IMG/VR virus record: IMGVR_UViG_3300023172_000035
Coordinates: 1 to 56,824 of that record
DNA from: a virus
Lineage: Duplodnaviria > Caudoviricetes
Length of the DNA: 56,824 bases
Strand: one strand, 5' to 3'
Part shown: positions 8,549 to 18,276 of the stretch, one piece after another
Layout: each line of letters opens with the position of its first letter
Position numbering within the stretch: the first letter of the stretch is position 1
Translations under genes and position numbers: made by a program
Notes under the pieces: generated by a model
What the model was told of the DNA's origin: nothing
The model's database searches: none
Seen by the model: the letters and a program-made list of their open reading frames with translations, nothing else

Positions 8549-9205
8549 CTACCCAAATGGTTGTCCTTGAACTCTCATGGATGCTCTTCCAGCACCAAGA
8601 TTAGCTCTAGCTCTACGCTCCGATAATTTAAATGCAAACTGTTTTGCATGATATGAAGCTAATTCTCTATCACTCCAGCTATTATCTGGTAATACCAACA
8701 AATGCTGTAGTGCTCCATGCATGATAACATTTTCTAATTCATCTAAAACTGTTTTATCCATACTTGTTGCTGATCTCAATGGTTTTAAACATACAATCAT
8801 TCTTATATCATAAGTCTCAGCACTATCTGGTACTGGTGCTACTGAGAAATGATCGGGGTCTAACTGAGCTATATATCTAGGTTTTGCCCTATTATCAGTA
8901 GGTTGATTAGGCCATTTAGGATATAACTCATATAACTTATCTAAAGTTACTGGCTCTAATATTTCATCATTTACTGTAGCTGTAATAAATGCATGTACTT
9001 CAGCATCTGATGGAGACTCATATGCATAATCGTGAGCTCCCACAGTCAAACGTATTCTTGGTTGTTCATACCGCCACGCTAGAGTACGTTCACATGCTTC
9101 TATCGCAGCATCCCGAACATAATTCTCTACAACAGGTGTCGGACATCCTGGAACACTTGGTAGTAATCTATTTACTATATCTGAAAAATTTCTTGTTCCT
9201 GCCAT
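8549..9205 (-). CDS. Head-tail adaptor/tail tubular protein
   Basis: VPGCP...VRDAAIEACERT.AW; position after the capsid genes. Confidence 0.6.
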   Translation of the reverse strand: MAGTRNFSDIVNRLLPSVPGCPTPVVENYVRDAAIEACERTLAWRYEQPRIRLTVGAHDYAYESPSDAEVHAFITATVNDEILEPVTLDKLYELYPKWPNQPTDNRAKPRYIAQLDPDHFSVAPVPDSAETYDIRMIVCLKPLRSATSMDKTVLDELENVIMHGALQHLLVLPDNSWSDRELASYHAKQFAFKLSERRARANLGAGRASMRVQGQPFG

Positions 9206-9870
9206 TATGTGAGGTCCTCCTCAATCTTTTGCTTGTTTACTGGCTGTAAACCTGCAGTTTCTGTATCTGTAAATATTCTATTAGAAGCAGAAACTCCTAA
9301 TGCTTGTGTAAATGATTTCAAAAATAATTCTGCTCTACCTGAATTGACATGCTCGTTATCAATAGACTCAGCTAGATATACTGTCCCATCTACAACAGCT
9401 GGTAGAAAAGCATCTGGTAGTAAAGCTACTGTAGTTGTCCCATCATAAGTAGGAGGAGATTGAGAGTACTCTACTTTTAATACCTGAGAAGCTGGAGCTT
9501 TTGGGTATATAAAAAATTTGTTTGGGTTTCTAGCATGCCTCATAAAATTTCTACATGCACCTGCTGCATCGTTAATCCATTGTGGATACGATTGATCTAA
9601 AATTTCTCTATTTGTTTCTGTTACTCCATTACCACCTACAACAGAAAATACTTCTATAAGTCTTATAGAATCACTAGGGGCAGATTGTAATACCTCATTT
9701 TCAGTACATGTAACTGTACCCATATATGCAAATAAGTCTGGCCTCAATACTGAAATACGTTTAAGAGCTTGGTTTGCAAACCCTAAAAGTACTGTATCAG
9801 AATACCTTTGAGGAGTATTTTCATCCTGTATTAGCCTTCTAACTTCAGTAATGACATCATTTAAAATCAT
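9205..9870 (-). CDS. Head-tail adaptor protein
   Basis: VRRLIQD...RYSD..LL.FANQA...RPDL; FFIYP; position. Confidence 0.6.
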   Translation of the reverse strand: MILNDVITEVRRLIQDENTPQRYSDTVLLGFANQALKRISVLRPDLFAYMGTVTCTENEVLQSAPSDSIRLIEVFSVVGGNGVTETNREILDQSYPQWINDAAGACRNFMRHARNPNKFFIYPKAPASQVLKVEYSQSPPTYDGTTTVALLPDAFLPAVVDGTVYLAESIDNEHVNSGRAELFLKSFTQALGVSASNRIFTDTETAGLQPVNKQKIEEDLT

Positions 9871-9871
9871 T

Positions 9872-10114
9872 TTAAAATTCTAATCCTTTTGTAGCTTCTT
9901 CAGCTAACTCTATATTAACAGCTTTTTCCTCTTCAGGAATCACTTCTGTTTTTAAATTTACCTTTGTTTTTCTACCTTTTTGTTTTTTAGGTAAAAATTT
10001 TTCTGGAAAAGCTTGTTCCTCAGTGACTTCTTCAGTTAATGGGTTATCTGCGAGTATTTGGTTCCACCCATAGACCTCACCATCTTTTGTATTTCTTAAC
10101 CATCTTCCTGCCAT
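9872..10114 (-). CDS. Hypothetical head-associated protein
   Basis: ORF with SD AAGGAG. Confidence 0.7.
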   Translation of the reverse strand: MAGRWLRNTKDGEVYGWNQILADNPLTEEVTEEQAFPEKFLPKKQKGRKTKVNLKTEVIPEEEKAVNIELAEEATKGLEF

Positions 10115-10134
10115 TTATTTCTCCTTTTAGGTAA

Positions 10135-10159
10135 TCGGGGGGTTAAAGTTACCCCCCGA
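10135..10159 (-). other. GC-rich hairpin after the capsid/decoration genes (attenuator or mRNA stabiliser; no U-tract)
   Basis: TCGGGGGGT...ACCCCCCGA inverted repeat. Confidence 0.6.
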
Positions 10160-10172
10160 CCATTGTTACATT

Positions 10173-10631
10173 TTACTCTGAACAATCAACCATTACGGCT
10201 GTCAAAGTCATAACCGCTGCATCCGCAGCATTGTTAAGAACAACGTCAATCGTATCAGCTGCTGTGTAAAATCTACCAGACTCATAAGCGTCTGTACCTG
10301 CAACAGTGAGGTATGCTGCTGTAGCATTAGCATTAACACCGTCAAGATATCCATCTGGGTTACCGCCATCACCGACATCAACAGTCAATGTTCCGCCTTC
10401 AGCAGTTGTCACATTCAAAGCCACGTTAGTGACGTATGTGTTTGCAGGAACCCTGATTACTTCAAGTACATCAGCCGCTGCAAGAGCTGTAAGCCCTGCT
10501 GCTGCTCGTGCTGTAGTAATTGCTGCGAAGTCTAGCTCCACGCTAATGGTTGAAACTTTGTTTATACCTTTAGCAACGTGTGCTGCACCAGTACCAAGTT
10601 TGTAACCTTTACCATCGTTATAAGTAGCCAT
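10173..10631 (-). CDS. Capsid decoration/cement protein
   Basis: Ala-rich beta protein right after the MCP; LTVDVGDG.NPDGYLDG. Confidence 0.65.
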   Translation of the reverse strand: MATYNDGKGYKLGTGAAHVAKGINKVSTISVELDFAAITTARAAAGLTALAAADVLEVIRVPANTYVTNVALNVTTAEGGTLTVDVGDGGNPDGYLDGVNANATAAYLTVAGTDAYESGRFYTAADTIDVVLNNAADAAVMTLTAVMVDCSE

Positions 10632-10650
10632 ATCTAATTATCTCCTATGG

Positions 10651-11556
10651 TTATACAGTTACAATCATTGTAGCAAGAGCTTCTGGTTTAACGACTTTAT
10701 AACCGTAAACTTGAAGGCCACGAATGATGTTACCGAAAGTTGTTTCTGAACGGATTGTTTCCATGTTTGTCATTTGTGACGCAAATGTGAACCCCATTGT
10801 GTGTCCGCCAATTACGCTGAACTCACTTCCGTTCTTATATAAATTGTGACTTACATAAACTGTAAATCTGTCAATCATACCTAGACGACCATTTCTTAAT
10901 GGTGAGTTTCCATCACCAGTAATAGATGCATCTTTAAGATCTGATTGCTTGATTAAGCCAGCCATTTTTGCAGGTATTACAAGAAAACGCCCTGTTTCAG
11001 GACAGTTAGCTTCATCAAGAACTGTACCCATATCGACAATTTTACCAATTACGTTTGTAGTGGTAAGTGCCTCTGGAGTACCTGCTACACCAAGGTCAAT
11101 GTTACCAGAGATTGCTCCAGCTGTTTGTCCTTTGTTACTTGCAGATACGTCAGGTAACAAATCAGTTAATACTCTTTGGTCAATTTTAATCTTCATACGC
11201 TCTGAAGCGTCTTTAGACCATTGATCCATCATAGCAATATCTGATTGTACTTCATCTACATCGTCTTCAACACAAGCGAAGTATTCGCCTTTGTCGATTA
11301 GCAATTGTAGTTTAGCTTTGTCAGGATTCTCTACTGTAAGAGTTTGACCCTTAACATAGGTTTGAATTGTTATTTCAGGAGTTGTACGGATATTGACCGT
11401 ATCTCCCATATTACGAATTTCACCTTCGTAATCGGTGTTTGAGATTGCTGATAATACAGTTGCATCATAGAAATTCTCAATTAATTTACCAGACCATATT
11501 TCAGGTATAAAATTACCTGTATAATTAGGATGACCTGATGATGTTGCAAAAGCCAT
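10651..11556 (-). CDS. Major capsid protein (HK97 fold)
   Basis: NFIPEIWSGKL...NTDYEGEI..GDTVNI, RGLQVYGYKVVKPEAL; SD AGGAGG; follows the scaffold. Confidence 0.9.
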   Translation of the reverse strand: MAFATSSGHPNYTGNFIPEIWSGKLIENFYDATVLSAISNTDYEGEIRNMGDTVNIRTTPEITIQTYVKGQTLTVENPDKAKLQLLIDKGEYFACVEDDVDEVQSDIAMMDQWSKDASERMKIKIDQRVLTDLLPDVSASNKGQTAGAISGNIDLGVAGTPEALTTTNVIGKIVDMGTVLDEANCPETGRFLVIPAKMAGLIKQSDLKDASITGDGNSPLRNGRLGMIDRFTVYVSHNLYKNGSEFSVIGGHTMGFTFASQMTNMETIRSETTFGNIIRGLQVYGYKVVKPEALATMIVTV

Positions 11557-11574
11557 AATAGCCTCCTTTTACTA

Positions 11575-12609
11575 TTAATTAACTATGCGACCTTCTCGCT
11601 GTGCAGCGAAAATGTCACGTTCCATTCTGCCACGCTCATCATCTCTTCCCTTATACTTACCTGTTCTAACATCTTTAAAAAATTTTTCGATGTCTTTAGG
11701 TGAATAAGTTTTAGCATCATTAGTTACAGGTTGTCCAGCACGTCCTCGTCCCGGAGCAACTTGCTTTTGTAATTCAGCAGATTGCGTAGCATTTTTCTCA
11801 CGAGCACTATTACCAATACCACTTACACCTTCAAAAGTTCTAAAGAAATTTATAACTCTACCAACATCTAGTTTACGCTGTGCGTCTTCTAAATGTGTCT
11901 GGCGGTTAATACCTGTTAGTGGATCTACCTCTAAAAGCCAAGATTGAAAATCTGGATTGCTATTAGTCTCATTCCAATTAGGTATTTGATGGTTTAAAGT
12001 ATCCCAAAACTGTTTTTCAGAATTAGTTTTTTGTTGCTGTTGAACTTGCTGTACTTGTGGTACAACACCTTTCAACGCTGCTATTTCTGCTTCCAGCTGT
12101 TTAACACGACCCAATTGTCCCGCTATTTCTTCTTTAGCTGCTTTACGCATGATTTCAATAGAATCACCATAGTCTTCCATTTCAGCATCAGTAATTAATT
12201 TTTCAACTGTTACTTCTTTTTCAACTGGCTTTTCTACTTTATTCATCTCGCTTAGTAAAGATTCTAACTGGGATACACGACTGTTTAATTCTCTGTTCTG
12301 TGCATTTAAGCTTGGAACTTCTTTATTATACATGCCCTGTAACGTTCTATACTTTTGTTCCCATGTTTCCTTTTTTTCTTCTTTGTCTGTTTCGCTGTGC
12401 TCTTCAGCTACAGACTCAGTTGCTTGCTCTTCGACACTGTCGGCCTGCGACTCAGCTACTACTTCAGTAAAAGCCTCAGCTTGTTTTTCTTCAGGCTCTT
12501 TTTCTCCTGATTCCAAACCAGCATTAGATTCTGCTGTTTCATTGTTGAGTTCTTTATACAATGCTTGTACATCCTCAGATTGCTTTTGAACTTGCTTTGG
12601 TATTGCCAT
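11575..12609 (-). CDS. Capsid scaffolding protein
   Basis: Acidic N-terminus, WEQKYRTLQG coiled coil, C-terminal IFAAQREGRIV; between portal and MCP. Confidence 0.75.
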   Translation of the reverse strand: MAIPKQVQKQSEDVQALYKELNNETAESNAGLESGEKEPEEKQAEAFTEVVAESQADSVEEQATESVAEEHSETDKEEKKETWEQKYRTLQGMYNKEVPSLNAQNRELNSRVSQLESLLSEMNKVEKPVEKEVTVEKLITDAEMEDYGDSIEIMRKAAKEEIAGQLGRVKQLEAEIAALKGVVPQVQQVQQQQKTNSEKQFWDTLNHQIPNWNETNSNPDFQSWLLEVDPLTGINRQTHLEDAQRKLDVGRVINFFRTFEGVSGIGNSAREKNATQSAELQKQVAPGRGRAGQPVTNDAKTYSPKDIEKFFKDVRTGKYKGRDDERGRMERDIFAAQREGRIVN

Positions 12610-12651
12610 AATGTTTCGCTCCTAACGGTATGCGTTAACTAACAGCTGTCG

Positions 12652-12867
12652 TCATGACTTTGCTGCATTATCAGGGGACTCTTTTATTACTGTATATATC
12701 TCTTTCAAAACTTGACACCGCCCCTGTGCAAGTGACACGTTTTGAGTAACATTAGGTAGCTGCTTCAACTCATGGTTTAACCATCCCTCTAACCATTCCA
12801 GTGTTTGAGGGTGTTGGCGTGCCATAATAGCTAAAGCCTTAATAACGTCTGGTTCTGGTCTAATCAA
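12652..12867 (-). CDS. Small conserved protein after the portal
   Basis: AQGRCQVLKEI motif; overlaps the portal stop. Confidence 0.6.
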   Translation of the reverse strand: MIRPEPDVIKALAIMARQHPQTLEWLEGWLNHELKQLPNVTQNVSLAQGRCQVLKEIYTVIKESPDNAAKS

Positions 12868-14900
12868 GATTGACCTCCAGTGTTACGGTTACTAACTGTG
12901 TTTGCTGCCATTCCACCTTTTGGGGAACCATCTGGTTGGGTTGGTGTTGGAGCTTGTTGCGACTGTGTCGCTCCAAACTGTGCTGCCATCCTTTCCTGGT
13001 ATCGTCCTTTCTCCCTAGTTGGAATAATTTCATCCACAGGCATTTGCAAACTTTTAGCCACTTCTCTAAGAATAGAGGAGCGACCTTCCTTACCAACAAT
13101 TTCCATATCAACTGGGTTGGCGGTTGCATTAAGGAATTCAATTCTACGAAGATTAACAGTTTCTTTAACTGCGAGATTAACTGCACCTTTTGGCAGAATC
13201 TCTACGTCTCCTTTAATGGATTCGTCTTCATCATATCGCATATTATACACAAACTGTCTGTGTACAACAGGTTTTATAACATCAGAATCTATATGCATAA
13301 CTACTTGACGTATACCTTTACCTGCTGATCCCATCAGCATAGATAGTCCTGATGCTGTACGACCAGCACCTTTTACATTCAAATCACCATATACATACGA
13401 TGGTATACCTGAATGATCGTCAGCTAGTTTACTAAATCTTTCATATACACTCATTAGTGTATTTGCATTATCAGCTGGCTGATTAAATCTAACTGCAGGA
13501 GAACTTGACCCTAGTGGATCGTTTGTTACCTGCCATATTTTCCATGGGTGCATCTGTGTAATATCTTCGTTAGGTGGAATCCTTTCTAGATTAACTTCAA
13601 CCTGTGGCCCACTTGATATACCCATGTTGTTAACTAATGCACGAGCTGCTGCATTACATACACCTTGTAAATCTTCTATAATTTCTGGTATGCCTTTACC
13701 CCAGAAAGCTCCTGGGTGCTTGATAAATGATGTCTTAGCATATGGTTTTTCACCTAGTGGGTCATAGTTTAGTACAGCTTTGATAACATAATTACCTACC
13801 ATCCATACGTTTGCATCATACTCACGAGCTTCATCAGGTACTTCTTCTTCAGTTAGCCCCCACTCTACAAGCATTTTACCGCTTACCTTACCCCAAAATT
13901 CTACAGCATCATATATTTCTGTAGGTCTATCAAATGCGTGGAACTTTCTTTCTTCTTCATCTTTAGCTAGTTCTACATCTTCTGATATCCATGAATCACC
14001 ATTACCATAATCTAGTACTTCTCTGATTGCATCATCATCGTAACCTGGCACACCTATTAGATCTGCTAACTCTGTACGACTTAATGGATGATGCTCAAAT
14101 AAGTATCCATCATTAATGTTAGTAACTCCGGGCTCTGGGTACATTCTAAATGGGTCTACACGTTCAAACTCTGGTGCTATAATTTCATCAGCTTCTACTG
14201 TGGTATTACCCATTTCATCTTTTGCGTAACTTAATTTCCTTTGCCTACGAACAATAGGCCCTTTAATAAAAGCACAAGGGTAAGTTACTAAGTCTGTAAT
14301 AAAGTCATTGAATGATTCGCCCCAACCACCTTGTGCAAACTGGTCAGAGATTTTAGTTTTCATTCCACGAGCTCTATTGTCAGCGGCCTGCAATAATTTA
14401 AATCTATATTCTTGAGCTATCATTTCTTTAAGCTCTGCCATTCTAGCTGGATCTGGTGCTTGCCCTTCTCTTTCTACAATCGTTACAACGTCTGCAGCAA
14501 ATGATCTTTCTATCTCTGCTAGTTGACTAGGTTCTAATTCGGGTATTGGTGTAGACTGCAAATCCCATGGGGGTGTTCCTGTCTCTAGTAATATATCACG
14601 AAGCCAACTTTCAGCTGCTCTACACTTGACTTCAGTAATCATCATGTAAATATCAGAGCCGCCTTGTTGTTTTATCTGGTTAAGTTTATCTGCTTCGTAC
14701 TGTCCGTTTCTTTGGCGAAGACCTTTGAGCATAATATTTTCTATAGGTTTTTTAGCTTGACGTGCTGCGTCCCAGCATTTACGTAAATGAGAAGCAAGCC
14801 CTAAAATTAGAGGTTCGTTTTGCCTTTCTTCTAAAGCTTTCTTAGTAGCTTCTTTCTCTCTTCGAGTTAGCTCTTCGTTATCGATTACTTGTAATACCAT
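12864..14900 (-). CDS. Portal protein
   Basis: 678 aa after terL; ERVDPFRMYPEP, FWGKGIPE, GRTASGLSMLM. Confidence 0.88.
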   Translation of the reverse strand: MVLQVIDNEELTRREKEATKKALEERQNEPLILGLASHLRKCWDAARQAKKPIENIMLKGLRQRNGQYEADKLNQIKQQGGSDIYMMITEVKCRAAESWLRDILLETGTPPWDLQSTPIPELEPSQLAEIERSFAADVVTIVEREGQAPDPARMAELKEMIAQEYRFKLLQAADNRARGMKTKISDQFAQGGWGESFNDFITDLVTYPCAFIKGPIVRRQRKLSYAKDEMGNTTVEADEIIAPEFERVDPFRMYPEPGVTNINDGYLFEHHPLSRTELADLIGVPGYDDDAIREVLDYGNGDSWISEDVELAKDEEERKFHAFDRPTEIYDAVEFWGKVSGKMLVEWGLTEEEVPDEAREYDANVWMVGNYVIKAVLNYDPLGEKPYAKTSFIKHPGAFWGKGIPEIIEDLQGVCNAAARALVNNMGISSGPQVEVNLERIPPNEDITQMHPWKIWQVTNDPLGSSSPAVRFNQPADNANTLMSVYERFSKLADDHSGIPSYVYGDLNVKGAGRTASGLSMLMGSAGKGIRQVVMHIDSDVIKPVVHRQFVYNMRYDEDESIKGDVEILPKGAVNLAVKETVNLRRIEFLNATANPVDMEIVGKEGRSSILREVAKSLQMPVDEIIPTREKGRYQERMAAQFGATQSQQAPTPTQPDGSPKGGMAANTVSNRNTGGQS

Positions 14901-14903
14901 ATT

Positions 14904-15146
14904 TTATTTTGGCTTTACTTTTTTTCTAAAGTCGTAAGCTCCGCTGTCTCTTTCTTTAATAAATTTTTTCTCTGCTTCATCTCTAGCTTTTTTGAATTCA
15001 GGTTCATCTTCATAGAAAGATTGTTTTATGGATAAATCTCTAATGTCTTCTTTTGTTAACACAGTCTTACCATCTTTATAAGATTTAGTTTCTACGAGGC
15101 CACCCTTCTCGTATTTCTTAATTGTATAATTTTTATATCCTGGCAT
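14904..15146 (-). CDS. Small basic protein (probable start MPGYK at 15146)
   Basis: SD GGAGGT before the ATG; YEKGGLV motif. Confidence 0.65.
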   Translation of the reverse strand: MPGYKNYTIKKYEKGGLVETKSYKDGKTVLTKEDIRDLSIKQSFYEDEPEFKKARDEAEKKFIKERDSGAYDFRKKVKPK

Positions 15147-15167
15147 AGTTACCTCCAATTATTTCAG

Positions 15168-15196
15168 AGTATATACTTAATTTTACCTTTATCCAA
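15168..15196 (-). promoter_or_regulatory. Candidate sigma70 promoter for the portal/head operon
   Basis: TTGGAT-N17-TATACT on the - strand. Confidence 0.45.
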
Positions 15197-15235
15197 CAAA
15201 ATAGATCTCCTGCTAGGGAGTAAAGCTAGCAGGAG
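15197..15235 (-). terminator. Possible terminator after terL
   Basis: CTCCTGCTAG/CTAGCAGGAG 10-bp stem followed on the - strand by ATCTATTTTGTT. Confidence 0.45.
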
Positions 15236-15310
15236 CAGTGAAAGATAGTTATAAGTGAGAGGAAAAGTCATATAACTATAGTCGCAAATATGAAAGCTAC
15301 TATTAGCATA

Positions 15311-16687
15311 TCAAGTCCAACCACCTGCTGCAACAGGTTTTATCTCTCTTTTCTGTGTAATTAATCCATCTGCAGTGCTATTTATATGCAACATTAAGTA
15401 TTGCAGGGCTTCAGCTACGTGTGAATGTTTATTTTTTTCTATGTTTCCGTTCTTCTTATGGAACCTATACCCACCCATCATTGCTGCTTTTAGTCTTGTA
15501 CACCTAGGATCTACAAGAAATGCTGAGTCTCCATCTACTTGACGCATAAGAAAATCATCTACAGCTGATAGTCTAGCTGATACATTATTTGTTTTAGCTG
15601 GCATAACTCTAAAACCTTCAGCTTTTATAATATCTACAGCTGAACGCTCATCAGTCTGAGCTCGTTGTATACCTGCAGGATCTGATATAACTAATATCGG
15701 TGCTGCTGAAAACCTTTCTGTAATCAGTGGTTTTAAAACGGTACGTACAAATCGTTGTATACCCATGTCAAAGCTTACAGCTTCGTCTAATATTAATATT
15801 CTACCTCTTGGATCTTGCTGTCCTATAACAGCTGCAGGCGTTAATCCTAAATCCATACCAATAATAATAGGCCTCACACCATTTATAATTGGCTGTAAAG
15901 TTTGATCTGCCATGTGGTAGTCAGGCCTAAAGTATTTATATACAGGCTGACCTGCAGTACTTAGTCCATATTCACCATCAATGTATACACGGATATATTC
16001 ATCTGATCTACCTTGAGTGTCGTAGTATCCTTCAGGTAGATTCTCAATGTTTTCTGCATCTTGACTTCTACCTGATGGCTGCTTGAATACGTCCCACCCA
16101 TTATCATTCGGACTAACTCCATCCGTAGAGTCAAGATGTTCCATTTGATAATACCACCACGTATCCATAGTGGGAGGGTTAGTGTCCCCCCACATCCCGA
16201 ACCATGTAGGTCCTCCATCTTTTGCTGATGGGAAACGACCAATACGTTTTGACATAGCATCTACGATATCTGGGTTAATATCCCGACACTCGTTAAACCA
16301 TGCAAACGTTAATTCTAATGAGTTCAGGTTAGCAACGTCATCCGAATCATCAAGTGCTCTGAACATTATCTCGCATTCTACATCCCCTACTTTTAAAAAA
16401 TATGTCTTAGTTGTTCTCATGTAATTACCACACACACCCGGTGGAAACCAATCATGAAATGTTTTAATTGTTGTATCTTGAAGCTGTCTTGCAGTCTCAC
16501 GAACTATAGCCACCCTTGATCTTCTTATACCTTGCTTGTTAGGCTTTTGCATAGATGCTCGTCTGACTACCTCAAAACAAGATGCTACTGATTTACCAGA
16601 ACCTACAGGTCCCATCAATACACGCATCTTACTGTCAGACATCATAAACTCTTTACATACTTTAGTTGGTGTATAATCTATTTCCAT
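15311..16687 (-). CDS. terL: Terminase large subunit
   Basis: Walker A GPVGSGKS, Walker B AWFNE, DTNPP coupling motif, nuclease GMDLG and SHVAEALQY. Confidence 0.95.
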   Translation of the reverse strand: MEIDYTPTKVCKEFMMSDSKMRVLMGPVGSGKSVASCFEVVRRASMQKPNKQGIRRSRVAIVRETARQLQDTTIKTFHDWFPPGVCGNYMRTTKTYFLKVGDVECEIMFRALDDSDDVANLNSLELTFAWFNECRDINPDIVDAMSKRIGRFPSAKDGGPTWFGMWGDTNPPTMDTWWYYQMEHLDSTDGVSPNDNGWDVFKQPSGRSQDAENIENLPEGYYDTQGRSDEYIRVYIDGEYGLSTAGQPVYKYFRPDYHMADQTLQPIINGVRPIIIGMDLGLTPAAVIGQQDPRGRILILDEAVSFDMGIQRFVRTVLKPLITERFSAAPILVISDPAGIQRAQTDERSAVDIIKAEGFRVMPAKTNNVSARLSAVDDFLMRQVDGDSAFLVDPRCTRLKAAMMGGYRFHKKNGNIEKNKHSHVAEALQYLMLHINSTADGLITQKREIKPVAAGGWT

Positions 16688-16689
16688 AA

Positions 16690-16989
16690 CTATACCGTTT
16701 TGTCTATTTGTTGATAATTAACTAACAGCGTAACACAATATTTTATTGGATGCTTCTTAGACCTATCTATCTTAGCGTTGTAAGATAATCCCAAATCATA
16801 TAGTGATCCAGTCAGTTCATTAAATTCGTCTAAAGTATTGACAATAGCTACGGGCTGCCCCTTATACGTTTCTGTAAATCTATGGATTACTTTCGATAAG
16901 TTGAGATTCCTCTGTGCTTTCTCCAGCATCGATGACCCTTGTGGTATGCTCTTGCCCCCCGAGATTAATCGTAATTTTGACTCCGCCAC
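16690..16989 (-). CDS. Hypothetical protein (true start probably downstream, e.g. MLEKAQ)
   Basis: Fills the gap between terS and terL; overlaps the terS 3' end. Confidence 0.5.
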   Translation of the reverse strand: MAESKLRLISGGKSIPQGSSMLEKAQRNLNLSKVIHRFTETYKGQPVAIVNTLDEFNELTGSLYDLGLSYNAKIDRSKKHPIKYCVTLLVNYQQIDKTV

Positions 16990-17359
16990 TTGTTTCCTCC
17001 TGTTCTTTGTTAGATGTTTCTAATCCACCCCACTTAACTGTAGATTTAATTAGATCTGCTTTCACCGCAGCCGAAGTCTCTGGACTATGAATTAATGTCC
17101 AACTAGTCGTAAGTAACTCCTCTGCTTGTGCACGAGCTTTAAGCTTAAAGGTCATTCCTTTTTCTTTGATCTCAGTTCTGTATGACTCTACTTTCTTTAA
17201 GAATACTTTATCTTTGTTGAAAATTATTATGTCATCTGCAGATATGTTGTGGCGTGTGCGAACCTCATCTAAAGATTCACCGCTGCCTTCTAACATAAGA
17301 GCTACATCAAATGCTAAACGGTCTGACCATTTCGTGTGTTTTAATGGAAGTGTGTCCAT
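16880..17359 (-). CDS. Putative terminase small subunit (probable start MDTLP at 17359)
   Basis: First late gene upstream of terL; helical body and C-terminal GGVKITINLG strand. Confidence 0.6.
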   Translation of the reverse strand: MDTLPLKHTKWSDRLAFDVALMLEGSGESLDEVRTRHNISADDIIIFNKDKVFLKKVESYRTEIKEKGMTFKLKARAQAEELLTTSWTLIHSPETSAAVKADLIKSTVKWGGLETSNKEQEETSGGVKITINLGGQEHTTRVIDAGESTEESQLIESNP

Positions 17360-17366
17360 ATCGGCA

Positions 17367-17395
17367 ATCATTAAGGAAAATCAAAGGTTTGTCAA
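17367..17395 (-). promoter_or_regulatory. Candidate late promoter
   Basis: TTGACA-N17-AATGAT, ending 7 nt before the ATG at 17359. Confidence 0.45.
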
Positions 17396-17563
17396 CCAAA
17401 AGTCTGAAACTTTACACGTTGGTTTTTTTGGTCTTGCTATGAGAGGTTTACTTATATGGGGGGGTGGTTACATTTCGCAGTCCGACTACCCCCCCTGCCT
17501 TGTCATGTCATATGTCTAGCTATGGTTAGAGAATATCTTAATACTTTACATAGATGTCAGCTT

Positions 17564-17615
17564 AAACTTGACAGAGAAAAATTAATCATGCAAAGTGTAA
17601 TCAAGCTCAAGGGGA
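17564..17615 (+). promoter_or_regulatory. Early promoter P1
   Basis: TTGACA(17568)-N17-CAAAGT; block conserved with 18803-18852. Confidence 0.65.
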
Positions 17616-17643
17616 GCTTATTAACAAACATAGGAGAGACAAT

Positions 17644-17967
17644 ATGTCTAAACTATTCGATGGAGAAGTCAATATTAATATTGGTGACTCTAAAAACGGT
17701 AAGGTCGTAAGAGTTTACACCGACCTCAAACAAGGAATGGAAGTGTACTCAAATAAAAAAGGGAATGTCGAGGAAGGTCTTAAGAAAGCTATCAAAGCTG
17801 TCAAAGACAAGAAAGCGACAAGGTTGGATACCTACTCATTCTGGGTAGAGACTCTAACTCAGAAAGGAAAAGCCGTCTTGTGCTACCACAAAGCCATCAA
17901 AGGTAGAGTGCAAATCAAGAGGGAAGACCCTAACAGAGTCCAAAGCTCTAACAGGGAAGACATCTAA
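17644..17967 (+). CDS. Early hypothetical protein
   Basis: SD AGGAG; first gene after P1. Confidence 0.8.
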   Translation: MSKLFDGEVNINIGDSKNGKVVRVYTDLKQGMEVYSNKKGNVEEGLKKAIKAVKDKKATRLDTYSFWVETLTQKGKAVLCYHKAIKGRVQIKREDPNRVQSSNREDI

Positions 17968-17974
17968 CAACCAA

Positions 17975-17999
17975 GTCCTCCTCCCGAAAGGGAGGGGGC
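17975..17999 (+). other. GC hairpin with GAAA tetraloop (no U-tract; abuts the next SD)
   Basis: GTCCTCCTCCC-GAAA-GGGAGGGGGC. Confidence 0.6.
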
Positions 18000-18009
18000 A
18001 GGAGTAAAA

Positions 18010-18117
18010 ATGAAAAGAATGACACAAAAATCATGGAACGAACTACAAAAACTAAAGGAAATAATAAACATTAACCATATATCTACTAAAAGATTTAGAA
18101 GATTAATTAATAACTAG
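18010..18117 (+). CDS. Small early protein (35 aa)
   Basis: AGGAGTAAAA SD; MKRMTQKSWNELQKLKEIININHISTKRFRRLINN. Confidence 0.55.
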   Translation: MKRMTQKSWNELQKLKEIININHISTKRFRRLINN

Positions 18118-18126
18118 GAGTAAAAC

Positions 18127-18276
18127 ATGAGTATATTTAAAAACATTAAAGTACATTACTTTGATAAGAACCAACCTAAAGTAAAAACATTTGATAATGC
18201 ATTAGAAGCTAACTTGTTTATCAAATTCCCACCACAGGATGTAAGAATAGTTAGCTGGATCCCACTATCTAACTAA
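18127..18276 (+). CDS. Small early protein (49 aa)
   Basis: AGGAGTAAAAC SD; MSIFKNIKVHYFDKNQPKVKTFDNALEANLFIKFPPQDVRIVSWIPLSN. Confidence 0.6.
   Translation: MSIFKNIKVHYFDKNQPKVKTFDNALEANLFIKFPPQDVRIVSWIPLSN

Noticed and set aside
12860-13186. Frameshifted portal extension
   Set aside because: No convincing slippery site; the portal ORF is intact
17456-17710. 84-aa + strand ORF
   Set aside because: Runs through promoter P1 and overlaps the SD-supported gene at 17644
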